Source: a virus (taxonomy: Duplodnaviria > Caudoviricetes). From it: a stretch of DNA of 64,000 bases. Made by a program: the position numbers and the translations under genes. Shown here piece by piece: positions 50,515-59,357 of the stretch (position 1 is its first letter; each line of letters starts with the position of its first letter). Location: the IMG/VR virus record IMGVR_UViG_3300025087_000689. One strand, written 5' to 3'. Below the pieces are notes generated by a model, which did no database searches, was not told the origin of the DNA, and saw nothing but the letters and a program-made list of their open reading frames with translations.

Positions 50515-51885
50515 TTATTTAATATCTTCAAAAAATACAGGTAATAGAGCTTTGAATTCCTGTAATAGTGGTATCATGACCTCTCTCATTTGAGGATGGG
50601 CTGCGGAGGCAGTCCTTTGTGTGAAGATGGTTCTCTACTCTCTGAGGTTCGCAGTGACGACAATCTCAATCATGAGAGAATTTGGTAGAACTGATCTAGC
50701 AATTTGAGGACTTTCTCCCAAATCTACTAGTTTGTTGTACGCTAATTCAGAATTAAACATAGCATTACCCCAAACCCATAAGTTTTTTCCTTTTAAAGAA
50801 AAAGGTTTTATAACTGCAAACTTATCATTATCTCTTGTTTCTATTGGTATATCGATATTAAATGGTTCATACCAATTAGCTGTTTTAGAATGACCATATG
50901 GAAATACAAAGTTTTTATATAATTTTTCACAAAATTCTTTTCCGACTTTAGAATCTGTTATAAATAATCGTTTCATAACAGCTGAATCAGAATCATGTAT
51001 TTTAACGATATAATTAAATTCTTTTTCTAATAACTCTTGTATCTTTTGCAATATAAATATATTTCCATTAAAACAAATATTACATGAGTGTGTTTGAGAG
51101 GTATCTTTTTGATAGAACCATCTTATGGATCCATCACTATCTAAAAAACCACGTAGGAAATCATAGATCATATCATGAGGAATGGAAGACCATAATAACT
51201 CCACATGAGATTTGTTCATATCATAAGTTTTATTAGGTATAATACCTTTATTAATTAGATTGGTTTTAATATTATTATCACTTATCGATAGTGATTTTGC
51301 ATTTGGTTGTATAAAATTTCTAATCATATTGAGAAGAAACCACTCTTCTGAATCTTTTTGTGAAATAGAAATCTGGTTCGATTCTTTTCTAATATTACCG
51401 TCACCTAAAATAAAACCTATTAGATAAGCTTTATCCCAGGTGTTTATTGAATTAAAATAATTAGAATTAATTAATCCTGTATTTCCTAATTTTCTTCTTT
51501 CAACATTGTTACTATCTAGAATTTTATAAACTTCCCATTCAGTATATTTATTAAGTGATAACTCAGAAATTCTTCTCATAGATAAACCATCTAAATACGA
51601 ATTTATACAATCTTGTTCCGTTTCAATTTTTATATCTTTTTTTTCACAACTTCTAACATACCTTGTGGATTCCTGTGAGAATGATGCTAGTCTGTGTTTT
51701 ACCATTTCGTGTGAGACACCTCTATGTTTAATAATTTTGCGGATGAACTCTTCTCCTGACTCAGGGGTTATATTGGCCTCGCTTTTGTAACAGACTCGGC
51801 CAATAGCCTCTATCTTTTTAACTATCTGTTGGTAGTTAAACTCTTCAAGACCTAGTATCTCCCAATCTGATTTTCTAATTTTCAT
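50515..51885 (-). pseudogene. thyX: Flavin-dependent thymidylate synthase, disrupted (internal deletion, in-frame LAGLIDADG insert, TAG at conserved Trp)
   Basis: IEAIGRVCYKSE; RGVSHEMVKHRLASFSQESTRY; ARSVLPNS...TANLRE*RTIF.QR...AAHPQMRE; frame continues to TAA 50515. Confidence 0.88.
50830..51650 (-). mobile_element. HTH + two-motif LAGLIDADG endonuclease inserted in frame in thyX (approximate limits)
   Basis: AYLIGFILGDG and FLRGFLDSDG; more AT-rich than the thyX flanks; no His-Asn/Cys-Ser-Thr end. Confidence 0.8.
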
Positions 51886-51920
51886 GTATGATTCCTTGTA
51901 AGATGTTGTTATTATTTAAG

Positions 51921-52805
51921 TTATAGTATTTTTCTTTGAAAGAACTGGTGAATATGGTACTCTACTGTGGTTCTATTTAGTCCTAAAGCAGTTGATATCT
52001 CCTGTGTTGGGGTTGGAGTTGAGTAGGAACCTAGTCCAAAACGCAGTTTAATGGCCTCAGAGAGCCAGATCTCGATACCAGCTAGGTCTTCTTCCAGTTT
52101 TCTATTTAACAGATTGTAGAAGCTGTCAGAGTGTTCCTGGTAATGGTGTCTGGTAGATTCAAGCGGCTCTATCTCCATAGAACTTAGTTGTAACTTTAGT
52201 CTGCTTAAATGACCTGTTAATTCTGTGGTTCTAATTGTCATCTTTCCCATATGTCTGGTCTTACGTATTACTTTAACTTCTCTTAGTAACTCTTTTTCTG
52301 TTATAGAGTTACTACCACTCCGTCTCTTCTGTACTAGCCTATCAAAGGCTTGTTCAGTTATCTTGGATAGATATGAGATTCTTGTAGCTAGTCTAACTGT
52401 TTGATTTTCGCGAATGAAACCTAAAATAGCCTTACGGATATAGAAATACGCGAAGGTAGAAAATTGATTACCATAAGACTGATCGAATCGATCTATAGCC
52501 TCACATAAGCCTAACATACCTTCTTGGCACAAATCATCTTTGCTATATCCACCCATTTCATTAGCTTGGCTGATTACTAGTGGATAGTTTTGTTCCATTA
52601 ACAGCGTACGTAAGCGAAGATATAGATTGAAATCACCACCATTGTTGCGAATTACTTTGCGAAAAGGTGAATGATCATCACTTGTACATACAGTACAGAA
52701 CTTCTTACAGCGTGGATATTTTACACACTTGGATTTTGCACAGAGAGTATGTATTTTTTTGCGTGTATCAGCCAGTTGTTTTAGTAACGGAACCTGATTT
52801 ATCAA
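51921..52805 (-). CDS. Sigma-70-family RNA polymerase sigma factor with Cys-rich N-terminus
   Basis: DDLCQEGMLGLCEAIDRFD...FSTFAYFYIRKAI (region 2); IKLRFGL...TQEISTALGLNRTTV (region 4). Confidence 0.88.
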   Translation of the reverse strand: MINQVPLLKQLADTRKKIHTLCAKSKCVKYPRCKKFCTVCTSDDHSPFRKVIRNNGGDFNLYLRLRTLLMEQNYPLVISQANEMGGYSKDDLCQEGMLGLCEAIDRFDQSYGNQFSTFAYFYIRKAILGFIRENQTVRLATRISYLSKITEQAFDRLVQKRRSGSNSITEKELLREVKVIRKTRHMGKMTIRTTELTGHLSRLKLQLSSMEIEPLESTRHHYQEHSDSFYNLLNRKLEEDLAGIEIWLSEAIKLRFGLGSYSTPTPTQEISTALGLNRTTVEYHIHQFFQRKIL

Positions 52806-52879
52806 AGTTTCTCCGCTATTTCTTTAAGTTCTTTGTCTATGAGAGTTCCATCCACATCAATATACAAGTTAGGAGACAT
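52802..52879 (-). pseudogene. HAD-hydrolase N-terminal remnant (25 aa)
   Basis: MSPNLYIDVDGTLIDKELKEIAEKL*; DxDGT motif I only. Confidence 0.5.
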
Positions 52880-53025
52880 TAGTCCTCGTCAGTTGGTTTC
52901 TTAACGCTCTTAACTGCATCTGAGAGAGGTATCTCCTTACCATCCTGGATTATAACATCCTTTTTACTGTCGATCTCATCCAGTTTGATAATTGGATTTC
53001 CAAGTTCATCTACTATGTTAATCAT
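52879..53025 (-). CDS. 48-aa hypothetical protein
   Basis: AAGGAG RBS; MINIVDELGNPIIK...; TAATG coupling. Confidence 0.5.
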   Translation of the reverse strand: MINIVDELGNPIIKLDEIDSKKDVIIQDGKEIPLSDAVKSVKKPTDED

Positions 53026-53175
53026 TTGTTCTCCTTTAATTTCGTCTTGTGTTTCTCTTCTAGCACGTTTTTTATTTACGCTATCGTACTCGGTTTCCTA
53101 CCAATTTCGCAGGTCGACCAGGTGATAATCAACAAGATTCTGTCTGAGTCTGGCTCGTTTTCCATACGGTTCCAT
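53026..53175 (-). pseudogene. Small phage protein interrupted by TAG (NW*E)
   Basis: GAGGAGG RBS; MEPYGKRAR...DYH...RNW*ETEY...NKKRARRE; reads naturally as NWWE. Confidence 0.45.
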
Positions 53176-53189
53176 AGGGCCTCCTCTGT

Positions 53190-53814
53190 CTAATGGTGTG
53201 ATATCCTTTGACTTACAAGGTTTTTGAAGATGTCACCATGTTCTATTATAGCATTAAGCGAACCATCCCCGTCACCATATTCCAAGGTAAGTATAATATA
53301 ATCCTTGTGTGTTTTCAATAGCTTTGTGAATTCTTCCTGACCCAGTCTTTGCTCCTCTGTTTCCATGGCGGCACATGTTTGCGTGTCTTTTACTCCAGAA
53401 ATCCTTAAATTCTTTAGTTCTTTTATCTTTCGTTAGAGTTTCCTGTTCTTTATCGATTTTAAATCCTTCATGGATAAGTTCAAGTTGTTTCTCCGAAGCT
53501 CCTTGATTCATTAAATCTATTATACTGTCTTCATCAAAGGCATATACGTGGTATGCTTGAGCCAACTGGTCGAGGACAGCGGTGTTTATTTCATCGATTG
53601 GTTTCTTCTTCTCTTCACAGTAGTCGTGATAGACCTTTTCAGCTATAGCTTTTAAGGATACTGGTCCATTATATTCATCTATAACGGCACCTTCTTCCCA
53701 GTCTCCTCGAAATAATAGTTTGCCCATCTCTTCTACACCGCCTACATGCTTGGGAAAGACAACTACAAAAGAACTAGATGAACTATTACTAACAAAACCA
53801 TTACGAATTTTCAT
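53190..53814 (-). pseudogene. FVSNSS-family protein 1, frameshifted near 53370
   Basis: Starts MKIRNGFVSNSSSSSF; the shifted frame gives AAMETEEQRLG...LEYGDGDGSLNAIIEHGDIFKNLVSQRISHH*. Confidence 0.65.
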
Positions 53815-54200
53815 CCATCCCTCCATGCACCCTCATGCCACGATACCGTTACATTGGGCTTGATAGGTTCAATCTTTTCCTTTGTACTGTCTTTAAATTG
53901 TTTACCTGTCTCGTCGTCTTTGATTGAATCATAATTTCTTCCTAAAACATATTCATCACAATCATAACCAAGTTGAGAGAAAATAAGTCCTAATGCATTG
54001 GATATTTTTTTCATAGCTTCATAATGATCGAAATCTTCATCCTCTTCATCCACGTCAAGTGAATCGATAGTTGGTATATTGATCGGTCTTGGATATAGTA
54101 TTTTAAGAGCTTGTTTCATATCATCAGGAGTAAAACTAGCACCAAAAATACAGAATGATGTAGTACTACTATTACTTACGAATCCAAATCTAATTTTCAC
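53811..54200 (-). CDS. FVSNSS-family protein 2
   Basis: GTG start 54200, MKIRFGFVSNSSTTSF; ATGA overlap with the next member. Confidence 0.7.
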   Translation of the reverse strand: MKIRFGFVSNSSTTSFCIFGASFTPDDMKQALKILYPRPINIPTIDSLDVDEEDEDFDHYEAMKKISNALGLIFSQLGYDCDEYVLGRNYDSIKDDETGKQFKDSTKEKIEPIKPNVTVSWHEGAWRDG

Positions 54201-54327
54201 TAGTAATTCTTTCTTTAAATTTAGAGTGTTTTTTCTTATCACATGTATCACATCCGTAACCATCGTAACTACAATGATCACAAACATTATCACATGCATA
54301 TAATTCTATAGCTTGTTCAGGTGTCAT
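54190..54327 (-). CDS. 45-aa Cys-rich peptide (not in ORF track)
   Basis: MTPEQAIELYACDNVCDHCSYDGYGCDTCDKKKHSKFKERITSEN; AGGGA RBS; overlaps both neighbours. Confidence 0.55.
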   Translation of the reverse strand: MTPEQAIELYACDNVCDHCSYDGYGCDTCDKKKHSKFKERITSEN

Positions 54328-54880
54328 ATTTTATTTCCCTTTCTTATATTATCTTCTGCTAATAATCATTGATGATTTTCAGGTGCCCAGCATTTTCTTA
54401 TTTCTTCTTCTTTAGATAAATCAAAAGAAGATACAGGTATTATATGATCGATGTGATACATGTGTCGTGGTCCTGGACAAGGTCCGAGATGGTTTATTAT
54501 GTCTTGTATTCTAATACCATATAACTTTGTTGATTTAGTCTTTTAATACCTTGTATTTTTAACATTTTACTAAATCTATTTCTTATACACCTTCTTATAT
54601 TAAATTTTAGATCATTTTTATATCTATTGTTAATATATTTTTTATATTTACTTGTTTTTTTATATTCTTTATTATATTTTTTGAGATATCTTTTAGCTTT
54701 TTCTGTCTTTTTATACATTTTATCGTATTCTCTAATATAATCTTTATGAACTTTACGATACTGCCTACAAGCTTCTTGGTGTAATTTTAATTTACAACTT
54801 TTTAAACTACAAATTACTCTTGGTCTACCTGCATAACCTCCATTTAATAATCTATTACAGAATTTGCATTTCATAATCAA
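54324..54880 (-). pseudogene. HNH endonuclease pseudogene (frameshift + nonsense)
   Basis: Shift in an A-run near 54541 into KTKSTKLYGIRIQDIINHLGPC...YHIDHIIP...PENHQ*L (TGA 54366-54368, W in the 18.7 kb paralogue). Confidence 0.75.
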
Positions 54881-55503
54881 TGTCGAGCAAATAATATAGT
54901 CTTTGTTTTACTATCAAAACATTTTTGACATTGTTTAACACAAGCTACTTTCCAATTATTTTTAGACGTACTTGGACAGTTAGTTTTGTGTTCTGTTACG
55001 ATGGCTATTTTATCAAATCCATAATTTTCTGTTGGAATCACATCGCCATCTTTTAAGATACCATCTCGTGAATAAATTAGAGTAAAGTTTTTTGGTTTTT
55101 CTTTCAAAACATCCTTTGTTATAATATCTGTTCGTTTTGAATAAGAGTAGAATTTATGATCTGAAAGACTACAAGCTATTGTATACCATTTATAGAAATA
55201 CTCTAAAGAATGATAATCCCCGGATTCGTGAATTCTAGTTATTTTATATTTACTTTTCTTAAGTAAATATAACATATCATCAACGAAAGTAACCGTCTTA
55301 GATGCTCTATAATTTCTCATCCTGCAAGGTCTTACGTCAGGATACATTTTTTCAGCTTTTTTACTGTAACAGAATTTAGAACAAAGAACTCCCGGTCTGC
55401 ATGTTATGCCTACTGGAAGATTGAATATGTTGCAATTTTTAATTTTTCTGTTCTGTTGACTTAGTGTTATTTGATCTTTGAATGTATTCTTCTTCGAGTT
55501 CAT
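54877..55503 (-). CDS. GP88-like (radical-SAM-like) protein
   Basis: FNLPVGITCRPGVLCSKFCYSKK, RIHESGDY, FYSYSK, C-terminal CP...C..CQKC. Confidence 0.7.
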   Translation of the reverse strand: MNSKKNTFKDQITLSQQNRKIKNCNIFNLPVGITCRPGVLCSKFCYSKKAEKMYPDVRPCRMRNYRASKTVTFVDDMLYLLKKSKYKITRIHESGDYHSLEYFYKWYTIACSLSDHKFYSYSKRTDIITKDVLKEKPKNFTLIYSRDGILKDGDVIPTENYGFDKIAIVTEHKTNCPSTSKNNWKVACVKQCQKCFDSKTKTILFARH

Positions 55504-56008
55504 TTAATCTTTTCCTATATCGTTGTATCTTCTTTTGGAGTTGAGTTAAACTACTATGAGTTCGATCATTTAATACATCAAGATTTTCTATTCTATTATC
55601 TGATTTATTACCATTAATATGATGCACATGTTCGTTAGATTCTAACGATCTTCCAAGCTTTTGCATCATTAAATAACGATGTTCTAGAATTTTACCTGGA
55701 TGTAATTTATCTGTATACTTATAAAGAGGATCTGTTTCAGGTATAGTTAAAAATGTGTAACCAGCACCTTGGAATCTTCCTCCCTTCCAATTAGAAGCTG
55801 AAGATCCCCGTAGTTCCTTCATTTTATTAATACGACACTCGTTACAGTATTTCTTTTGATGTTTAACTGAAGTCCAAACAAGTGTACCACAACTAATACA
55901 CTTCTTGTAGATGTATGCTTCGTTATACTTATTTATTAATTTACCATCAGCAACATCGTTTTCTTTAGGTAATCCTAAACCAAAATAGGTACGTGGATAT
56001 TTTATCAT
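55439..56008 (-). CDS. HNH homing endonuclease with N-terminal Zn finger
   Basis: CISC...CNEC; EHRYLM..KLGR.L...EHVHHINGNKSDNRIENL. Confidence 0.85.
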   Translation of the reverse strand: MIKYPRTYFGLGLPKENDVADGKLINKYNEAYIYKKCISCGTLVWTSVKHQKKYCNECRINKMKELRGSSASNWKGGRFQGAGYTFLTIPETDPLYKYTDKLHPGKILEHRYLMMQKLGRSLESNEHVHHINGNKSDNRIENLDVLNDRTHSSLTQLQKKIQRYRKRLNELEEEYIQRSNNTKSTEQKN

Positions 56009-56024
56009 AATAACCTCCGTACCT

Positions 56025-56053
56025 ATTATAGTTTATTTAACAGGTAAATTCAA
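56025..56053 (-). promoter_or_regulatory. Sigma-70-like promoter TTGAAT-N17-TATAAT
   Basis: Upstream of GGAGG and ATG 56008. Confidence 0.55.
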
Positions 56054-56106
56054 TATATAATTATAATTATATTTTTCTATTACTAGTACTTAAAGTAATA
56101 GAAGAC

Positions 56107-56319
56107 TTAGGCATGTCGTTCCATATCCCTCCGTGATCTTTCTCTTTGTTGACGGCACCAATCATCGTGCTGCTTCCAAGCTATGTCTTTCTGTCTATCA
56201 ATGTTTTTGGCCATTGATAATTTCTTCTGACAGCTCTCACAGGCTAGTTCACCTCTAGCTATCCTTTGACCACAGTGTTTCTGAACCCTTTCTCTGAGTT
56301 CTATTTCGTTGAACATCAT
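56107..56319 (-). CDS. Small hypothetical protein
   Basis: AGGAG RBS; CESC motif. Confidence 0.5.
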   Translation of the reverse strand: MMFNEIELRERVQKHCGQRIARGELACESCQKKLSMAKNIDRQKDIAWKQHDDWCRQQRERSRRDMERHA

Positions 56320-56361
56320 TGTCGATCTCCTCTATTGGATATATATCGTGTTTATCCTAGA

Positions 56362-56601
56362 TCACTCTAGGGCATCTATTTCTTTTTGATTCTTAGCAGT
56401 CTCTATTCTTTTTAGATAGTTTTCAAATTTCCAATTTACTATTTCTTTAATGTCTTTCTGTGTGGTTCTACGCACCTTCATTCCCTCACGTTTAAGTTTG
56501 TTCTGAAGGTGTTTAATCTCGGAAGTGATAAATCTCTTTGGTACTGCACATATCCAAGGGTGACCACCAGGATCACATATAGAAAAACCTAGTTTATTCA
56601 A
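56362..56601 (-). CDS. Hypothetical protein
   Basis: Coupled ORF. Confidence 0.5.
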   Translation of the reverse strand: MNKLGFSICDPGGHPWICAVPKRFITSEIKHLQNKLKREGMKVRRTTQKDIKEIVNWKFENYLKRIETAKNQKEIDALE

Positions 56602-57178
56602 TTGTTAATTGGAGATCATTAATATTTTGAAATTGAATTAGTTTACTATGTCCACAAAAACCTCGCTTACCATTTCTTAATGCATCTGCATCTTTTACAA
56701 GTGCTTCTTTGAGATACAATTTATTAAAGAGATTAGGTGATGCTAGTCCGCATATATAAGCAGTACCTGTATCTTTATCTATGTGGACTATAATCTGAGG
56801 TTGTTTTTCTAATAATTGAATTAATGGACAATTGTGCATTTGTGCAGATTTAACACCACAGTCAATACCTAACGGTTTAAGATCTGGCTTTGCGTGATTC
56901 TTACTATTGCTAATTTTTAAATCAACAAATTGAACTTGTAGAAATTTTTCTACAGCTCGTTCTCCCAATAGTCCGTTTTCTCTTCGTTCGTTATCTTTGA
57001 ATGTATCTAAAATAAGAGTATCTTCAGGATGATCTCTTTTCCATTCTGTTATTTCGTTACCCCATTTTTTAGCAGCTACTACAAATTCTTTTATATCTAT
57101 TTTGTGAGCAGATTTAAAATCTATGCTACGTATCACGTTGTCATTTTCTTTTAAGTTGTACTTGATATTAAATCTCAT
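56594..57178 (-). CDS. Possible restriction-endonuclease-fold protein
   Basis: GLLGERAV...PDL...IDCGVKS spacing resembles PD-(D/E)xK. Confidence 0.4.
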   Translation of the reverse strand: MRFNIKYNLKENDNVIRSIDFKSAHKIDIKEFVVAAKKWGNEITEWKRDHPEDTLILDTFKDNERRENGLLGERAVEKFLQVQFVDLKISNSKNHAKPDLKPLGIDCGVKSAQMHNCPLIQLLEKQPQIIVHIDKDTGTAYICGLASPNLFNKLYLKEALVKDADALRNGKRGFCGHSKLIQFQNINDLQLTIE

Positions 57179-57327
57179 TCATCTTCCTGAGTATCATCTT
57201 CAGTCGATACTATATTATCACGTCTACAATGTTTGACGTGTCCGTAGTCATTCATCTTAAAATTTTTGAAACAATTATTACATTCTTTTTCTGTCATCCA
57301 ACCATTACATTTACATTCGTATATCAT
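57175..57327 (-). CDS. 50-aa Cys-rich, acidic-tailed mini-protein (not in ORF track)
   Basis: MIYECKCNGWMTEKECNNCFKNFKMNDYGHVKHCRRDNIVSTEDDTQEDE; overlaps both neighbours. Confidence 0.5.
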   Translation of the reverse strand: MIYECKCNGWMTEKECNNCFKNFKMNDYGHVKHCRRDNIVSTEDDTQEDE

Positions 57328-57623
57328 ATTAAACAAAACTCCACGATGTTAATTGGTTCAGACTTACGCTTAGTGTTTTTAGTTTTGGAAATAATGGGGT
57401 TATATTGTACTGGAATGTTATATGCTTTCTGGAGGTTTCCATATGCACGATAATACGTTCCTTCATCTGATAATCCACCACATTCGAATATAGTTCCTAC
57501 TGGGTTATCATATCGAATAGCTCGCGACCCCTGTACATTCTTTTTAGAATTGTATTTTTGTCCTTCAATAGCTCTTAGACGGATCCGGTTTCCATCGAGA
57601 ATAGATCTAACGTAAACTGACAT
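57324..57623 (-). CDS. Hypothetical protein
   Basis: AAGGA RBS. Confidence 0.5.
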   Translation of the reverse strand: MSVYVRSILDGNRIRLRAIEGQKYNSKKNVQGSRAIRYDNPVGTIFECGGLSDEGTYYRAYGNLQKAYNIPVQYNPIISKTKNTKRKSEPINIVEFCLI

Positions 57624-57625
57624 TG

Positions 57626-57967
57626 TTATTCCTTTGCTGATACTTCGTACATTACGAAGTATTGTATTGTAGATAATTCTAAACTTAATGGGATAGCATC
57701 TATTGTTTTCATTGTTCCTTGTGTTTTATTCTGTGTTTGGTTAGAAATAGTTTCCTGTGTTGTAATATAATCAATATTAACTCCACCCGATAGAATACCA
57801 TTATAAGTTTTTGGAATTGGAATTATGTTGTTTACACTTATATCAAGTGATTTCTGATCAGAAGCCATGTAATGCTGTATCTCTTCTAATAATACTTGTA
57901 GATCTGATTCTTTTTCAATTAGAATCACATATGGTCCTACTGGTGTACTGTTACTTAAATTATACAT
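57626..57967 (-). CDS. Hypothetical protein
   Basis: AAGGA RBS. Confidence 0.5.
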   Translation of the reverse strand: MYNLSNSTPVGPYVILIEKESDLQVLLEEIQHYMASDQKSLDISVNNIIPIPKTYNGILSGGVNIDYITTQETISNQTQNKTQGTMKTIDAIPLSLELSTIQYFVMYEVSAKE

Positions 57968-57976
57968 GTTGTTCCT

Positions 57977-58738
57977 TTATGTCCAAAGTGATTTTCTTAA
58001 TTTGATTAGATCTATCATGGCTTTAGTAATATCTTCTTCACATTCATCTTCGTATTTTAAACTGGCATCTAAAGCTACTCTAGATTCTATTCGTTCTTCT
58101 GGCGTGTTGTTATTATTTGAAGTAAATGAAGTTGGATCGCCATCTTTGTCAGTCGTATAAGGTACTAAATTATCGAATATATTACTAATATTAGGATGTT
58201 TTTTGTCACAATAATGATGCCAAGGATTATTATCATAGTCGGTATACTTAGGATAAACATCCTTCCACCAATGCCAAAGACGTAACGCGTCTTTCATGGT
58301 ATTTGCTTGACGTTGGTTTATATATTTAGCATCTTCTCTATGTTCTTCTGGTACATCTTCGAAGTTATTACCCCAATTAGATTCTAGTTCTTTTATGAAC
58401 CCCAACATCTTTGCTTCTCCGCCTTGTTCGCTTTCAACATAACGACAAAGAAGAGAAAACATACCGTGAACCATAAGAGTATCTATGTCATAGTACTCTG
58501 GTGGTAATCCTGTGTCTATCTTATGATACACGTCAGTGGTTCTATGACGTATAGACCAATAGATATGTTTAAGCCTCTGGAAACCAGGCATAAAGTCTTC
58601 AAGAAGAGGAAGTATAGGACCCTTCCATCTTATTTCTGATTTATATCCTTTCCACCATCTACGAAGACGAACATAGAGATTAGGATTGTCATTAGTAAAC
58701 ATATTAGTTATAACTTTCCCATGTGAAGTCAGCTCCAC
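57977..58738 (-). CDS. Phage-type hypothetical protein
   Basis: 253 aa; LWHWWK..YP and C-terminal LIKLRKSLWT. Confidence 0.55.
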   Translation of the reverse strand: MELTSHGKVITNMFTNDNPNLYVRLRRWWKGYKSEIRWKGPILPLLEDFMPGFQRLKHIYWSIRHRTTDVYHKIDTGLPPEYYDIDTLMVHGMFSLLCRYVESEQGGEAKMLGFIKELESNWGNNFEDVPEEHREDAKYINQRQANTMKDALRLWHWWKDVYPKYTDYDNNPWHHYCDKKHPNISNIFDNLVPYTTDKDGDPTSFTSNNNNTPEERIESRVALDASLKYEDECEEDITKAMIDLIKLRKSLWT

Positions 58739-59201
58739 CTTGATTAGTTAAATATTCAAAGTAAATATTCTGAAGAAGATTACTCATATCGTTAAATGAA
58801 TTATGCATAGAAGTAAAATAAGTTAAAGTATATTTTCCAACGTTGTCGGTCGCTATAGCTATACCCTCATGATTCATTATATATAACATAGCTTCTAAAC
58901 GACGCCTATTCTCATTTAATGATCCTCCAAATCCACTCCTGTCTTGCATAACCATTCTTACTCTAGGTGGTCTTTCTGGAATGTTGTCAAATACTGACTT
59001 TATTATAGTTGTTTTAATCTTTTCGATTCTACGAAACTCTTCCATACGAGCGAAGTATGCATCCTCGTTTTCATGTACAGCAACCCAACAAGTATCATAG
59101 ATGTCTAACAATAAACTATCTACACTATCAAATGGTTTATTGAGAGTTACTATATAGGAGGCTGATGAACTATTCGAGACGAACCCTTGGCGGATCTTCA
59201 T
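58704..59201 (-). CDS. FVSNSS-family protein 3
   Basis: MKIRQGFVSNSSSASY. Confidence 0.75.
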   Translation of the reverse strand: MKIRQGFVSNSSSASYIVTLNKPFDSVDSLLLDIYDTCWVAVHENEDAYFARMEEFRRIEKIKTTIIKSVFDNIPERPPRVRMVMQDRSGFGGSLNENRRRLEAMLYIMNHEGIAIATDNVGKYTLTYFTSMHNSFNDMSNLLQNIYFEYLTNQGGADFTWESYN

Positions 59202-59210
59202 ATCAGTTAT

Positions 59211-59239
59211 ATTATACCTTATTTTTGATTAAAAATCAA
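59211..59239 (-). promoter_or_regulatory. Sigma-70-like promoter TTGATT-N17-TATAAT
   Basis: 9 nt before ATG 59201, with no SD sequence. Confidence 0.55.
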
Positions 59240-59357
59240 TACTTTGTTGCCAAGAATCTTCTATTATATTCATAAGAAGATTCTCAGTTTGCTGCTCGTT
59301 TGGTTCAGCTAGAGTTGAGAGATACGTACCATGAAGAATTCTGTTCTCTTTCTCTAA

